Under the pieces are notes generated by a model that was given only the letters and a program-made list of their open reading frames with translations, had not been told where the DNA came from and searched no databases. The position numbers and the translations under genes were made by a program. A DNA stretch of 64,000 nucleotides, taken from Dehalococcoidia bacterium (GTDB taxonomy: Bacteria; Chloroflexota; Dehalococcoidia; GIF9; UBA5629). The DNA lies in the NCBI GenBank assembly GCA_050011565.1, contig JBEKIW010000002.1, positions 352,001 through 416,000 on the forward strand, written 5' to 3'. Below are positions 43,159 through 51,460 of the stretch, one piece after another; within the stretch, counting starts at the first letter, position 1, and the number at the start of each line of letters is the position of its first letter.

Positions 43159-44352
43159 CTAATTTGTAGTTACTTTACGTTTTATCAGGGGCTTTATTGC
43201 CAGCGCGGGAATAGCGATAGCCAGGTGCTTCAACGTTTTCAAGATAAGCTCGCTGTGCCAATCGAACGGGAAATCGTCAAGCTCAGCTATAAACTGCGGC
43301 ATACCATTGTGGCTGATAAAATCATATAAGCCCTCAATCTGCCGGTTGCCAAGCATGCGGTAAATACGATGTGCCCAATAGCCAACTTTGAGCTCCTTAC
43401 CCAGCCGGGCTCGCCATATCTTCTCGTAAGAAGCCAGTCGGGATTCCGAAAATTCGCGGACTTGAAATGCTCGGTGCAGGGTATCGGCGGCTATGTTAGC
43501 ACATACGAATCCATAATATATGCCTCCGCCGGTAGTCGGCTTAACCTGTCCGGCGGCTTCACCGACCACCAATAGCCGGTCGCTGTAAGTTTTGGGTAAG
43601 GATTGTAGAGGTATTGCCCTGTAAGCCGGTATAACTTCGGTGGTAGCTATTTTGCCCTGAGCTTTAAGGGCTGATAGTAGCTTTTTGAAGTATCGTTTTG
43701 GCTGCCGGTTTGTTAATTGCCCGACCAGGCCTTTATTATCTCCGATAGGTACTAACCATGAAAAACCACCGGGATCCAGTCTCCGGTCAAAATAAATTTC
43801 TATCTCGTCGATGTCTGTTATGCTTACCTCCGCCTGAGCCCCGATGACGAAATTGCTTATTTCTCCTAAACCAAGCCTGGCGGGCAGCGGTGAGCCGAAT
43901 CCAGTGGTAATGACCGCTGTCTCGGCTTCAAATAAAGTTTTATGCCCTCCACAATTCGCTGTCACGTGTAAGCATCCCGTTGCTCTCTGAATGTCAATGA
44001 CGTTACTTCCGAAAAGATAACGAACGCCGGATGCCTGAGCATAGTCGACCAGTACTTGCTCAAGAGCCACCCGGTCAATTATATAGGCTACCTCATCGTT
44101 TCGCGAGATTTTAAGCGATTTACCAGAAGGCGCCACGAACCTGGCCGAGCAAACCGGCCTTTTAGCCAGATTTATCTCGGTAGGAAGCAAATTAAAACAA
44201 TCTTTGCTAATGATACCGGTGCAGCAGATGTCCTGCCCGGCAGCCGATTTTTTATCAAGGACAAGCACTTTGTATCCTAGCTGAGCTAGTTTCGCAGCCA
44301 GGTAGCTGCCAACTGGACCGGCGCCGATGATTATGGTGTTATACAACTGCAT
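43159..44352 (-). CDS. Geranylgeranyl-reductase-family FAD oxidoreductase
   Basis: GAGPVG, PGGFSWLVP, GEAAGQVKPTTGGGI. Confidence 0.88.
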   Translation of the reverse strand: MQLYNTIIIGAGPVGSYLAAKLAQLGYKVLVLDKKSAAGQDICCTGIISKDCFNLLPTEINLAKRPVCSARFVAPSGKSLKISRNDEVAYIIDRVALEQVLVDYAQASGVRYLFGSNVIDIQRATGCLHVTANCGGHKTLFEAETAVITTGFGSPLPARLGLGEISNFVIGAQAEVSITDIDEIEIYFDRRLDPGGFSWLVPIGDNKGLVGQLTNRQPKRYFKKLLSALKAQGKIATTEVIPAYRAIPLQSLPKTYSDRLLVVGEAAGQVKPTTGGGIYYGFVCANIAADTLHRAFQVREFSESRLASYEKIWRARLGKELKVGYWAHRIYRMLGNRQIEGLYDFISHNGMPQFIAELDDFPFDWHSELILKTLKHLAIAIPALAIKPLIKRKVTTN

Positions 44353-44370
44353 CTCCTGTCTTAACAAGTA

Positions 44371-44811
44371 CTACGGAGAAACGACATCAATATAAAGTCT
44401 GAGTGGCTCCTTTAGATAGGGTTCTGTCCCTCCGTTTTTGTACAGGATAAAGTCGACCCCCTGTCTTTCTCCAACTACCTGAGGAGTGAAACTGACCTTC
44501 TCCTCCCATTTTTGCTGATAAGTGAGCGTACCTATATTTACCTCCCCAACTTCAATGCCATCCATCTTTATGTATACCTGATAGGCGGCCGGCTGATATT
44601 CGTGGTTGACGACACCAATACGCATGTCAACAGGATGACCTACGGTTACCTGTTCCGGATAATCCTGAGCTTTACCTTCTGTGTTCAGGACATAGAATTC
44701 AGTGAATTTCTCTACTTCCTGTGGTGTAACCGCCATATAGATAATAAAGCCCGACGTAACGACAATGGCTACCACCAAGAAAATAAATAAGGCTCTGTTT
44801 AACTTGCTCAT
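44371..44811 (-). CDS. DUF1616-like membrane-anchored protein
   Basis: TM helix then EKFTEFYVL..GKAQDYP..GVVNHE. Confidence 0.8.
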   Translation of the reverse strand: MSKLNRALFIFLVVAIVVTSGFIIYMAVTPQEVEKFTEFYVLNTEGKAQDYPEQVTVGHPVDMRIGVVNHEYQPAAYQVYIKMDGIEVGEVNIGTLTYQQKWEEKVSFTPQVVGERQGVDFILYKNGGTEPYLKEPLRLYIDVVSP

Positions 44812-44911
44812 GGTATCAAGTTAGGCAAGCCAATTAAAAGTTGGGTCACTGGTGCAATTATATATGTGGTGCCGTTAGACTTGCAATGGAGGGTTCGAGA
44901 TGTGGCAGTGG

Positions 44912-46387
44912 TTATTTGCTACTCTGATTAAGGTATTCGGCGTACTTTGCCAGGTTGGCGAAGGCTGCTGCTGCTTTGTGAGGCATGTCATAACATACAG
45001 AATTTCTGTCGGCCAGGGAGCGGATTGTCTTTTTGGCCAGACCGGCGCCAAATGCAATTGGCTCGGAGCCGACAACTATGGGCTTGTCGTACTTGGCGGT
45101 CAGTTCTTTAAGTGTGTCGAAGATTTTAATTATGGCGGAGAGAATAGCCTCCCGCGTTCGGTCCTTTTCCTCCGTTTTAACAGCGCGACGGAACTGCTCC
45201 ATGGGCAAGGCAGGCATTATCCCTAAAAAGATTACCCCATCGACCGCAGGGCTGCGCAGAACTACTTCGATGCATCTCATTACGCCTTCTCCGAAGATGC
45301 CGGCTACCATGTCAACCGGGTTGCCATGGCTCCACCATGCCGGCATGAAGCTATTTAGCTCGTCAATGGTCTCGGGAGGAAATTGAACGACATCGAGCCC
45401 CAATTTTGCGCAAGCATCGGCAGCCAGAACTCCCCAACCTCCTCCGGCGGTAACTATACCCACTCTACGGCCTCGGGGTAAAGGATGGCATAGAAAGGCG
45501 GTGCCGGCGTCAACAAGCTCGTCCAGATGTCTGACCCTTACAATTCCCGATTGCTGGCACATAGCGTCGACTATGGTGTCCAGTCCGGCTAGAGATGCCG
45601 TATGTGACTTGGCAGCGATAGCTCCGGCCGGCGTTTCACCGGTCTTAAGCATTACAATTGGTTTTTTCTTGGTTACCTCTTTGGCTGTTTCGAAGAACCG
45701 GCTGCCGTCCTTGAACCCTTCGACATAGCTAAGTATGACCTTGGTCTGCGGGTCATCCGCCAGGTATCGAATATAGTCCTCGGCGTGGAGGTCGGCCTCG
45801 TTGCCGCTGCTGATGCATTTAGCGCAACCGAAGCCGCTTTCTATCGCCAGCCGCATCATGGTTCCCACTATATTCCCGCTCTGGGAGACTATGGAGACAG
45901 GTCCTGCGTAGGGAAAAATTGGCGGCATCTCGGCATATAGCTTGTGATGCGGATTAACTATGCCGTCGGTATTAGGCCCTATAAATCTCAAGCCGGCACG
46001 GTGGGCTATTTCGGCCATCTCCGCCTGCAGGTTTTCGCCTTCTCTATCGACCTCGGCGAAGCCAGCGGTTATGACAACAACGGCTTTTATTCCCTTATCG
46101 GCACATTCCTTTAAGACTTTGGGTACGCCCGGCGGGGGTATCACAATGACAGCCAGGTCAGGTATCTCCGGAACTTCACCAACGGTCCTGTAGACTTTTA
46201 TCCCGAGTATCTCTTCCTTGGTCGGATTGATGGGGTATAATCGGCCTTGAAATCCACCAAATACAATGTTGGCAAATATGCGGAACCCCCATTTCATGGG
46301 GTTATTGGTGGCCCCCAGAAAGGCAATGGAGCGGGGTTCAAATATAAGCTTGAGCTTGGCTATCAGGTCAGATGTTTCGTTGTTCAA
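44912..46387 (-). CDS. ADP-forming acyl-CoA synthetase, alpha subunit
   Basis: PRSIAFLGA, AGFAE, GPN, SQSG, SHTASLAG, NPVD; TTG start. Confidence 0.9.
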   Translation of the reverse strand: MNNETSDLIAKLKLIFEPRSIAFLGATNNPMKWGFRIFANIVFGGFQGRLYPINPTKEEILGIKVYRTVGEVPEIPDLAVIVIPPPGVPKVLKECADKGIKAVVVITAGFAEVDREGENLQAEMAEIAHRAGLRFIGPNTDGIVNPHHKLYAEMPPIFPYAGPVSIVSQSGNIVGTMMRLAIESGFGCAKCISSGNEADLHAEDYIRYLADDPQTKVILSYVEGFKDGSRFFETAKEVTKKKPIVMLKTGETPAGAIAAKSHTASLAGLDTIVDAMCQQSGIVRVRHLDELVDAGTAFLCHPLPRGRRVGIVTAGGGWGVLAADACAKLGLDVVQFPPETIDELNSFMPAWWSHGNPVDMVAGIFGEGVMRCIEVVLRSPAVDGVIFLGIMPALPMEQFRRAVKTEEKDRTREAILSAIIKIFDTLKELTAKYDKPIVVGSEPIAFGAGLAKKTIRSLADRNSVCYDMPHKAAAAFANLAKYAEYLNQSSK

Positions 46388-46524
46388 GATGAATTATTTG
46401 TCTTTTTGCTCTTGGGTCTGAGTTAGAAAACCGGCTTATATTGTAGCAACTACGCATGCCTGAGGCAAACTCGACAGTAGCTATTTTGACATTCTCAATG
46501 GCGGCTGGACCTAGTACTATATGG

Positions 46525-47505
46525 CTATTTTTTCGATGTGGCTAAGACCGAGCCCAGAAAACGGGTTATTTCCCGTGCGATGACGGGATACCACAGCCAG
46601 AAGGTGACGTGTGTGCCCGGCAGCCACCTGATGGCAGGTTTATGACAGGCTTCCCAGAAGTCGAGCGTAGCCTCTTTGGGGATGGTCTTGTCCCACTTTG
46701 CATTTAACATTAATACCGGGCGCTCTCGGAGATAGGAGGCGAATGTCAGGGCATCGGTTAAGAAGCAATGGTTAAAGGGGACAACATTGTCCAAACCCTT
46801 CTCGGCTACTTCAGCCAGATACTGGGGATAGCGACTGCGAATCTCGCGGCATTCGGCTTCGGTGCAACCGTGACCCTTTACTATAGCTTCGTTCTGGGTG
46901 TTCCAGGTTATTTTCTCCGAGTTGCCGCCGGACACCATGAATACCCCGGCCTTGATGCGTTTGTCCACTCCCATCGCTATCTCGGAGACGAATCCGCCCA
47001 GGCTTATCCCGAGAACGGCTATTTGCTCTTTGTCCAGCTCCGGCCGACTGCTTGCCCAGTCTATTATCTGACGAACTTCAATTATCGATGCCCGATAGCC
47101 TTCAAACCAGTCTTCAGTGGTAAGATATGGCATATGGCTTTTCATGGTTTCCGACATGCGGCTGGTATGGAATACCAGGTATAAGATAAAGGCAGCAATG
47201 CCCTTTTTCACCAGAGTTCGCGCCAGCAATCTGCATGGTATTGTGCTACGGTCGCCCCATCCGTGAATTACTATAGCCAACGGAGCGTGGCTGACATTCC
47301 GCGGCTGAAAATATTCACCCAGGACACTGTTGTTTTCGTTATAGAGGGCGTAGGCGGTAGGGAAATCGACCGCATAACGCAACCAGCGAGATGTCGTTTC
47401 TTTCAGCTTCAGGTTAGCCTTAATATCCTGCCTTTGATAATTGTACGGATTCATGTATTTATCCGGCGGATCCTTTAAATATCTGTTGGACCAGAATGAG
47501 TGCAT
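46525..47505 (-). CDS. Alpha/beta hydrolase
   Basis: HGWG, GISLGG nucleophile elbow, D..IP, GTH. Confidence 0.88.
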   Translation of the reverse strand: MHSFWSNRYLKDPPDKYMNPYNYQRQDIKANLKLKETTSRWLRYAVDFPTAYALYNENNSVLGEYFQPRNVSHAPLAIVIHGWGDRSTIPCRLLARTLVKKGIAAFILYLVFHTSRMSETMKSHMPYLTTEDWFEGYRASIIEVRQIIDWASSRPELDKEQIAVLGISLGGFVSEIAMGVDKRIKAGVFMVSGGNSEKITWNTQNEAIVKGHGCTEAECREIRSRYPQYLAEVAEKGLDNVVPFNHCFLTDALTFASYLRERPVLMLNAKWDKTIPKEATLDFWEACHKPAIRWLPGTHVTFWLWYPVIAREITRFLGSVLATSKK

Positions 47506-47585
47506 CTTTACATATTAACTTCGGAGGAAATTTTTGGCAAACTCAGGGATTTTCGGTGGGGCGAACTGCCTCAGTGGGAGATACC

Positions 47586-47765
47586 TCAGCCAGGGCTGCT
47601 AATGCAGGATTTGCCAGAGGAAGCGGTGCCGAAGGTGGAGAAAATCCTTCGCGGCTGTTTCTTGCCGCATTTGGGACATTTTAATTCGCTGTCGCTGTCC
47701 GTTATTTTGCGATGCGCTTCAAACTTTTCGCCGCAGGATGGGCACTTATATTCATAGATTGGCAT
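47586..47765 (-). CDS. FmdB-family zinc-ribbon protein, 59 aa (not in ORF track); possible Sec read-through to 47571
   Basis: MPIYEYKCPSCGEKFE..CPKCG..RRIFSTFGTASSGKSCISSPG-TGA-GISH-TGA. Confidence 0.9.
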   Translation of the reverse strand: MPIYEYKCPSCGEKFEAHRKITDSDSELKCPKCGKKQPRRIFSTFGTASSGKSCISSPG

Positions 47766-47780
47766 AATTCCATTCTCCCA

Positions 47781-49055
47781 TTAAGCTAAAGCTTTTACTG
47801 CCAGCTCTGAGACGCTACTGGCTTCGACATTCAAGCCGTAATGCTCGCTTAGATCTCCGATTTGCTGACGGCAGTTATCGCAGGAAGTGATAACGAGGCT
47901 GGCACCGGTGCGTTTAACCTGCTCAGCCTTAAGCTTCCCCGCCTGCATGCGGATATCTAACCATTCCGGCTCGGCCACCAGTCCGCTGCCGGCGCCACAA
48001 CAATAGCTCTCCAGCCGGTTTGGCGTCATCTCTCGAAAATCCTTAACCGCGGCTCGGATTACACGTCGGGGTTCGTCGAAAATACCGCCTTTACGGCCCA
48101 AATTACAGGAGTCGTGATATGTGGTCGGCTGTCCATTCTTGGAGGAATCCAAGTGTAGACGCCCTTCTCTAACGTATTCATCGAGTACTTCTAGGATGCT
48201 GCGGACCCGAAACGGAAGCTGTCCAAACCATTTGGGAGCCTCCCAGCGCATAGTGGTGTAACCATGGCCGCACTCGGTGACGATGATCTCCTCAGCTTTA
48301 AGTTTTTTGGCCTCATTGATAACACGCCCGGTGATGCGCTTGGACTTGATGCCATCGGCCAGAAAAACGGCGTAGTTGGATGACTCGAACATGCCCAGGG
48401 TCCATGATTCCTTAGCTGCATTGAACAGTATAGCCTGAGGGACAATGGTATGAGCCCCGGCCAGGGGTACGTAAAGCATGCGAGCGCCCTTCTCTTCCAC
48501 CGGTATCCGGGCTTTGGAGCTGCCCAGGCGGTCCTGGACTTCCTTTTCCAGTTCTTTAACCTGCTCCCGATATATATCGCGGAATAGTTCAGCGTTCTCT
48601 TCTTTGGCAATGGCAGCGTTAGCCAGCTCCACCAGCATTTCCGGGGCATTGCCGGTGGCGGTGGCTATCGCCCTCATTATGCGCATGATTTCGGCTGTCT
48701 CCACGCCAAAGGGGCAGGCGAAAGTGCAACGGTGGCACAGCGTACAACTGGCAAAAGCAATCTCCGCCAGCTTGGACAACATCTCGTCGGTCGTCTCTTT
48801 GACGCCCACCCACCGCGGGAATGCGCGTCCCATGGGGTCGAAAAAGCGACGGTACAATCGCCGCACCATTTCGGCACGGTAATAGGGAGTGTGCTCCGTC
48901 CGGGGATTGGACTGGTAATAGTGACAGCTTTCGGTGCATATGCCGCAGCGGACACATACCTCTAGCGCCGTCAGCACCCTGCGGTCAACCAGATTGCCCA
49001 GCATTTCCCGGGCTATGGTTAGCTTATCTTTTTTTGTTTCTACTGCGCTACTCAT
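47781..49055 (-). CDS. DsrK/TmcB/HdrD-like Fe-S CCG-domain oxidoreductase
   Basis: CVRCGICTESC, CTLCHRCTFAC, TECGHG, YHDSC, YCCGAG, TSCDNC. Confidence 0.88.
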   Translation of the reverse strand: MSSAVETKKDKLTIAREMLGNLVDRRVLTALEVCVRCGICTESCHYYQSNPRTEHTPYYRAEMVRRLYRRFFDPMGRAFPRWVGVKETTDEMLSKLAEIAFASCTLCHRCTFACPFGVETAEIMRIMRAIATATGNAPEMLVELANAAIAKEENAELFRDIYREQVKELEKEVQDRLGSSKARIPVEEKGARMLYVPLAGAHTIVPQAILFNAAKESWTLGMFESSNYAVFLADGIKSKRITGRVINEAKKLKAEEIIVTECGHGYTTMRWEAPKWFGQLPFRVRSILEVLDEYVREGRLHLDSSKNGQPTTYHDSCNLGRKGGIFDEPRRVIRAAVKDFREMTPNRLESYCCGAGSGLVAEPEWLDIRMQAGKLKAEQVKRTGASLVITSCDNCRQQIGDLSEHYGLNVEASSVSELAVKALA

Positions 49056-49680
49056 GTGTCCACTCCAGTACGCCGCGGCGCCCGAAGAACAAACCGACAA
49101 AGACGCGTTCGTAAAAGAAATAAATAAAGTGTTTAATCTTGCCGAATGGCGCGTAAGCCAGCGTTATGCCGGAGATAGCCCAGAATAGGGGTAAAAAGTC
49201 CGGTTTGATAGCGGATGCGGCGCCTGCTGCCAGGAATAGTGTCACCAGCGCCAGAGAGAAATAATCATCCGGGGTGCTTAGCAGCCGCATGGTTGGGTCG
49301 CCCAATCTTATGCCGAAACCTGCCACACCCAATACAGCGCCGACGCCGAAAAGAGCCGCTAAAGAGATGCGTAGCGGCAATATCATCTGCGTCAGCCATG
49401 GGCTGGCAATAAGAAACGCTGCGGCCACGAATATGCCAACATGAATGATTATGCCGCGTATATAAGCTACCCAATGCCGTCGAGCGCTCTCCTTGGCCCA
49501 CGGAGCCATGCCCAGAGTGAAAGCATAAAGGACGCCTTGTGCTGGAGAACGTTTGACTGGCGCTTGTTCAGACTGGTAGGGCCGGCGCTGAGCAGCGACA
49601 AGAACGTATAATACGCCAATAATAAAGATGACGGCACCAACCAGTGCTATTCCGGCGGTCACCATCTGCAACATACTCAT
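49048..49680 (-). CDS. NarI/DsrM/HdrE-like membrane cytochrome b subunit
   Basis: About 5 TM helices, IIIHVG, R.LSTPDDY, PFGKIKH; overlaps the DsrK-like gene. Confidence 0.82.
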   Translation of the reverse strand: MSMLQMVTAGIALVGAVIFIIGVLYVLVAAQRRPYQSEQAPVKRSPAQGVLYAFTLGMAPWAKESARRHWVAYIRGIIIHVGIFVAAAFLIASPWLTQMILPLRISLAALFGVGAVLGVAGFGIRLGDPTMRLLSTPDDYFSLALVTLFLAAGAASAIKPDFLPLFWAISGITLAYAPFGKIKHFIYFFYERVFVGLFFGRRGVLEWTHE

Positions 49681-49919
49681 TTCACTTTCTTGATATGGAA
49701 CCTGATTAGCTTGCCATCTCTTTCGATGGAGATAAGCTCGTTGCCGGTGCTCTTGGTCCAGGCAGGTATATCTGCCAGTACACCAGGGTCGGTGGCCGTG
49801 GCTTCTAGTACTTTGCCCACCTCCATGGTTTTAATTGCCTGGCTCACCTTAACTATCGGGATAGGGCAAAGTAGACCCTCAAGATTTAGTTTAACATCTG
49901 CATTTGTTTGTCCTGGCAT
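49677..49919 (-). CDS. TusA/SirA sulfur carrier
   Basis: LEGLLCPIP, ATDPG..DIPAW. Confidence 0.92.
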   Translation of the reverse strand: MPGQTNADVKLNLEGLLCPIPIVKVSQAIKTMEVGKVLEATATDPGVLADIPAWTKSTGNELISIERDGKLIRFHIKKVK

Positions 49920-49935
49920 TATTTTCTCCTCATGC

Positions 49936-50412
49936 CTATACAAATAATGTCATCTTGGAGTGGAAAGCTTTCTCCAGCATGGTAGCCACTCCGCAAGACT
50001 CTTCGGCCTCGTCAATCAGGTGTTCCGCCTTTATCTCCATGACCTGCATGCTCATCTCGCAGGGCAGGAGCTTAACTCCCAGGTCGATGGCGGTCTGCCG
50101 GAGTTCCTCCAGCGGTGTTATTTTATGTGACTTCATCATTTGTTTGAACATCCACCGGCCGATGCCCCAGAAATTGAAACGCGACGGGCCGATAGTATTG
50201 ATACCGCCCCGGTTGAGGAGGCCCATCATGCGGCCGAAGAAGCCCTGACCTGTTAGATTTCCTTTCTGTATGGCTTTTATACCCCAGAAGGTGAAAAACA
50301 TATTGGTTTCTTTGCCGGCTGCGGCAGCTCCGATGGCGATATTGAAGGCTGCCATGACCTTGTCCATGTCACCGCTAAATACGATTATGGTTACACCATC
50401 TTCTTTTGCCAT
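49936..50412 (-). CDS. DsrE2/DsrE-like sulfurtransferase
   Basis: FSGDMDK, MFFTFWG, PCEMSM, CGVAT, TLFV. Confidence 0.92.
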   Translation of the reverse strand: MAKEDGVTIIVFSGDMDKVMAAFNIAIGAAAAGKETNMFFTFWGIKAIQKGNLTGQGFFGRMMGLLNRGGINTIGPSRFNFWGIGRWMFKQMMKSHKITPLEELRQTAIDLGVKLLPCEMSMQVMEIKAEHLIDEAEESCGVATMLEKAFHSKMTLFV

Positions 50413-50621
50413 TTCTGTCTCCTTCACAATTATTAATACACGTTAGATGCGGCACCCTGTACCATGGGGTGGGTGCCGTGCGCCCCCTTAACCAAACTGA
50501 CATGAATTTACCCTGCTTACACCTCCTTCATAGCGTAAACGCGCTGACCTGATATTTATCAAGGTAATTGATGACCTTTTGTTATTTCCAACTTGCGTGC
50601 GAGGCTTCCAGCCTCATCTGT

Positions 50622-50810
50622 CTAGCTTCAGCCGCCGCCGAAGGCGAACTGAGTAAAGAACCTTAACTTATCGGTAGGGCTGTCTAATTTTTCAACTTTG
50701 CCGCCACCGCAGCGGGGGCACTTCACGTTCTTATCGTCTTTCACATTATCCAGATTGGGTTTCTTAAATGTGACGCGACATTCATTACATCCGTATTCCT
50801 GGACTTGCAT
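50622..50810 (-). CDS. FmdB-like zinc-ribbon protein, probably ending GGG-Sec-Ser (TGA at 50628-50630)
   Basis: EYGCNEC..CPRCG..FAFGGG-TGA-AGC-TAG followed by hairpin GAGGCT-GGA-AGCCTC. The gene is solid; the read-through is inferred. Confidence 0.8.
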
Positions 50811-50834
50811 TGTATATCTCCTTTAACTCTGAAA

Positions 50835-51167
50835 TTAAGCTACCAGCCTCTCGGCTAGCTGTTTGTTCTTCTCCATCCGGTCGAGCAGTATCTCATGCAC
50901 CATGTCACAGGCATCGCCGATTTTGGGGTCGCTGAGGCTGTAGTAGACACTGGTCCCTTCTCGCCGGAACTGCACCACCCCTTTGTCCCTGAGAATCGCC
51001 AGATTACGGGAGACAACCGCCTGAGGAAACTCGAGCACCCTTGCCAGCTCGCCCACAGTCGTCTCACCCTGTCGCAGCTCATCGATGATGATAAGCCGCT
51101 TGGCGTCAGCGAAGGTCTTGCATAGTTCCGCCTTTAGTGCGTAAAGTTCAAGATTGTGTCTGGCCAA
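50835..51167 (-). CDS. ArsR/SmtB-family regulator
   Basis: KTFAD.KRL.II, VGEL, VSRNLAILR, REG..VYYSL; TTG start after AGGAAGG. Confidence 0.92.
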   Translation of the reverse strand: MARHNLELYALKAELCKTFADAKRLIIIDELRQGETTVGELARVLEFPQAVVSRNLAILRDKGVVQFRREGTSVYYSLSDPKIGDACDMVHEILLDRMEKNKQLAERLVA

Positions 51168-51193
51168 TGGGCACCTTCCTCATGGTTAATACA

Positions 51194-51239
51194 AATATAT
51201 ATATAGACGTATATTATCATATTGTGTGGGCATTGTCAA
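51194..51239 (-). promoter_or_regulatory. Promoter and candidate operator of the arsR operon
   Basis: TTGACA-N17-TAATAT overlapping the imperfect palindrome AATATACGTCTATATATATATT (51194-51215). Confidence 0.6.
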
Positions 51240-51259
51240 ACCACCTATCCCCGGTGGGG

Positions 51260-51399
51260 AAATCCCAAATCCTAAGCACCAAATCCTAAATAATATCAAA
51301 ATACTAATTCTCCAAATTCAGGATAGTTTATCTTTGTGCCGTTCGAATTTTGAGATTTGGATTTGTTTGATGCTTGGAATTTATTATTTATAATTTGGG
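51260..51399. repeat. Heptamer-built inverted-repeat element (CAAATCC-type left arm, GATTTGG-type right arm)
   Basis: AAATCCCAAATCCTAAGCACCAAATCCTAAA..GATTTGGATTTGTTTGATGCTTGGAATTT. Confidence 0.7.
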
Positions 51400-51460
51400 C
51401 TGCCGGGGGGATATGGTGGGCACACGAATGGTGGTATAATAGGCATCTTGGGGGAAATAG

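Noticed and set aside
47781-50412. Evidence of dissimilatory sulfate reduction
   Set aside because: No dsrAB, dsrC, apr or sat in the window; DsrK-like and DsrE-like proteins occur widely without it.
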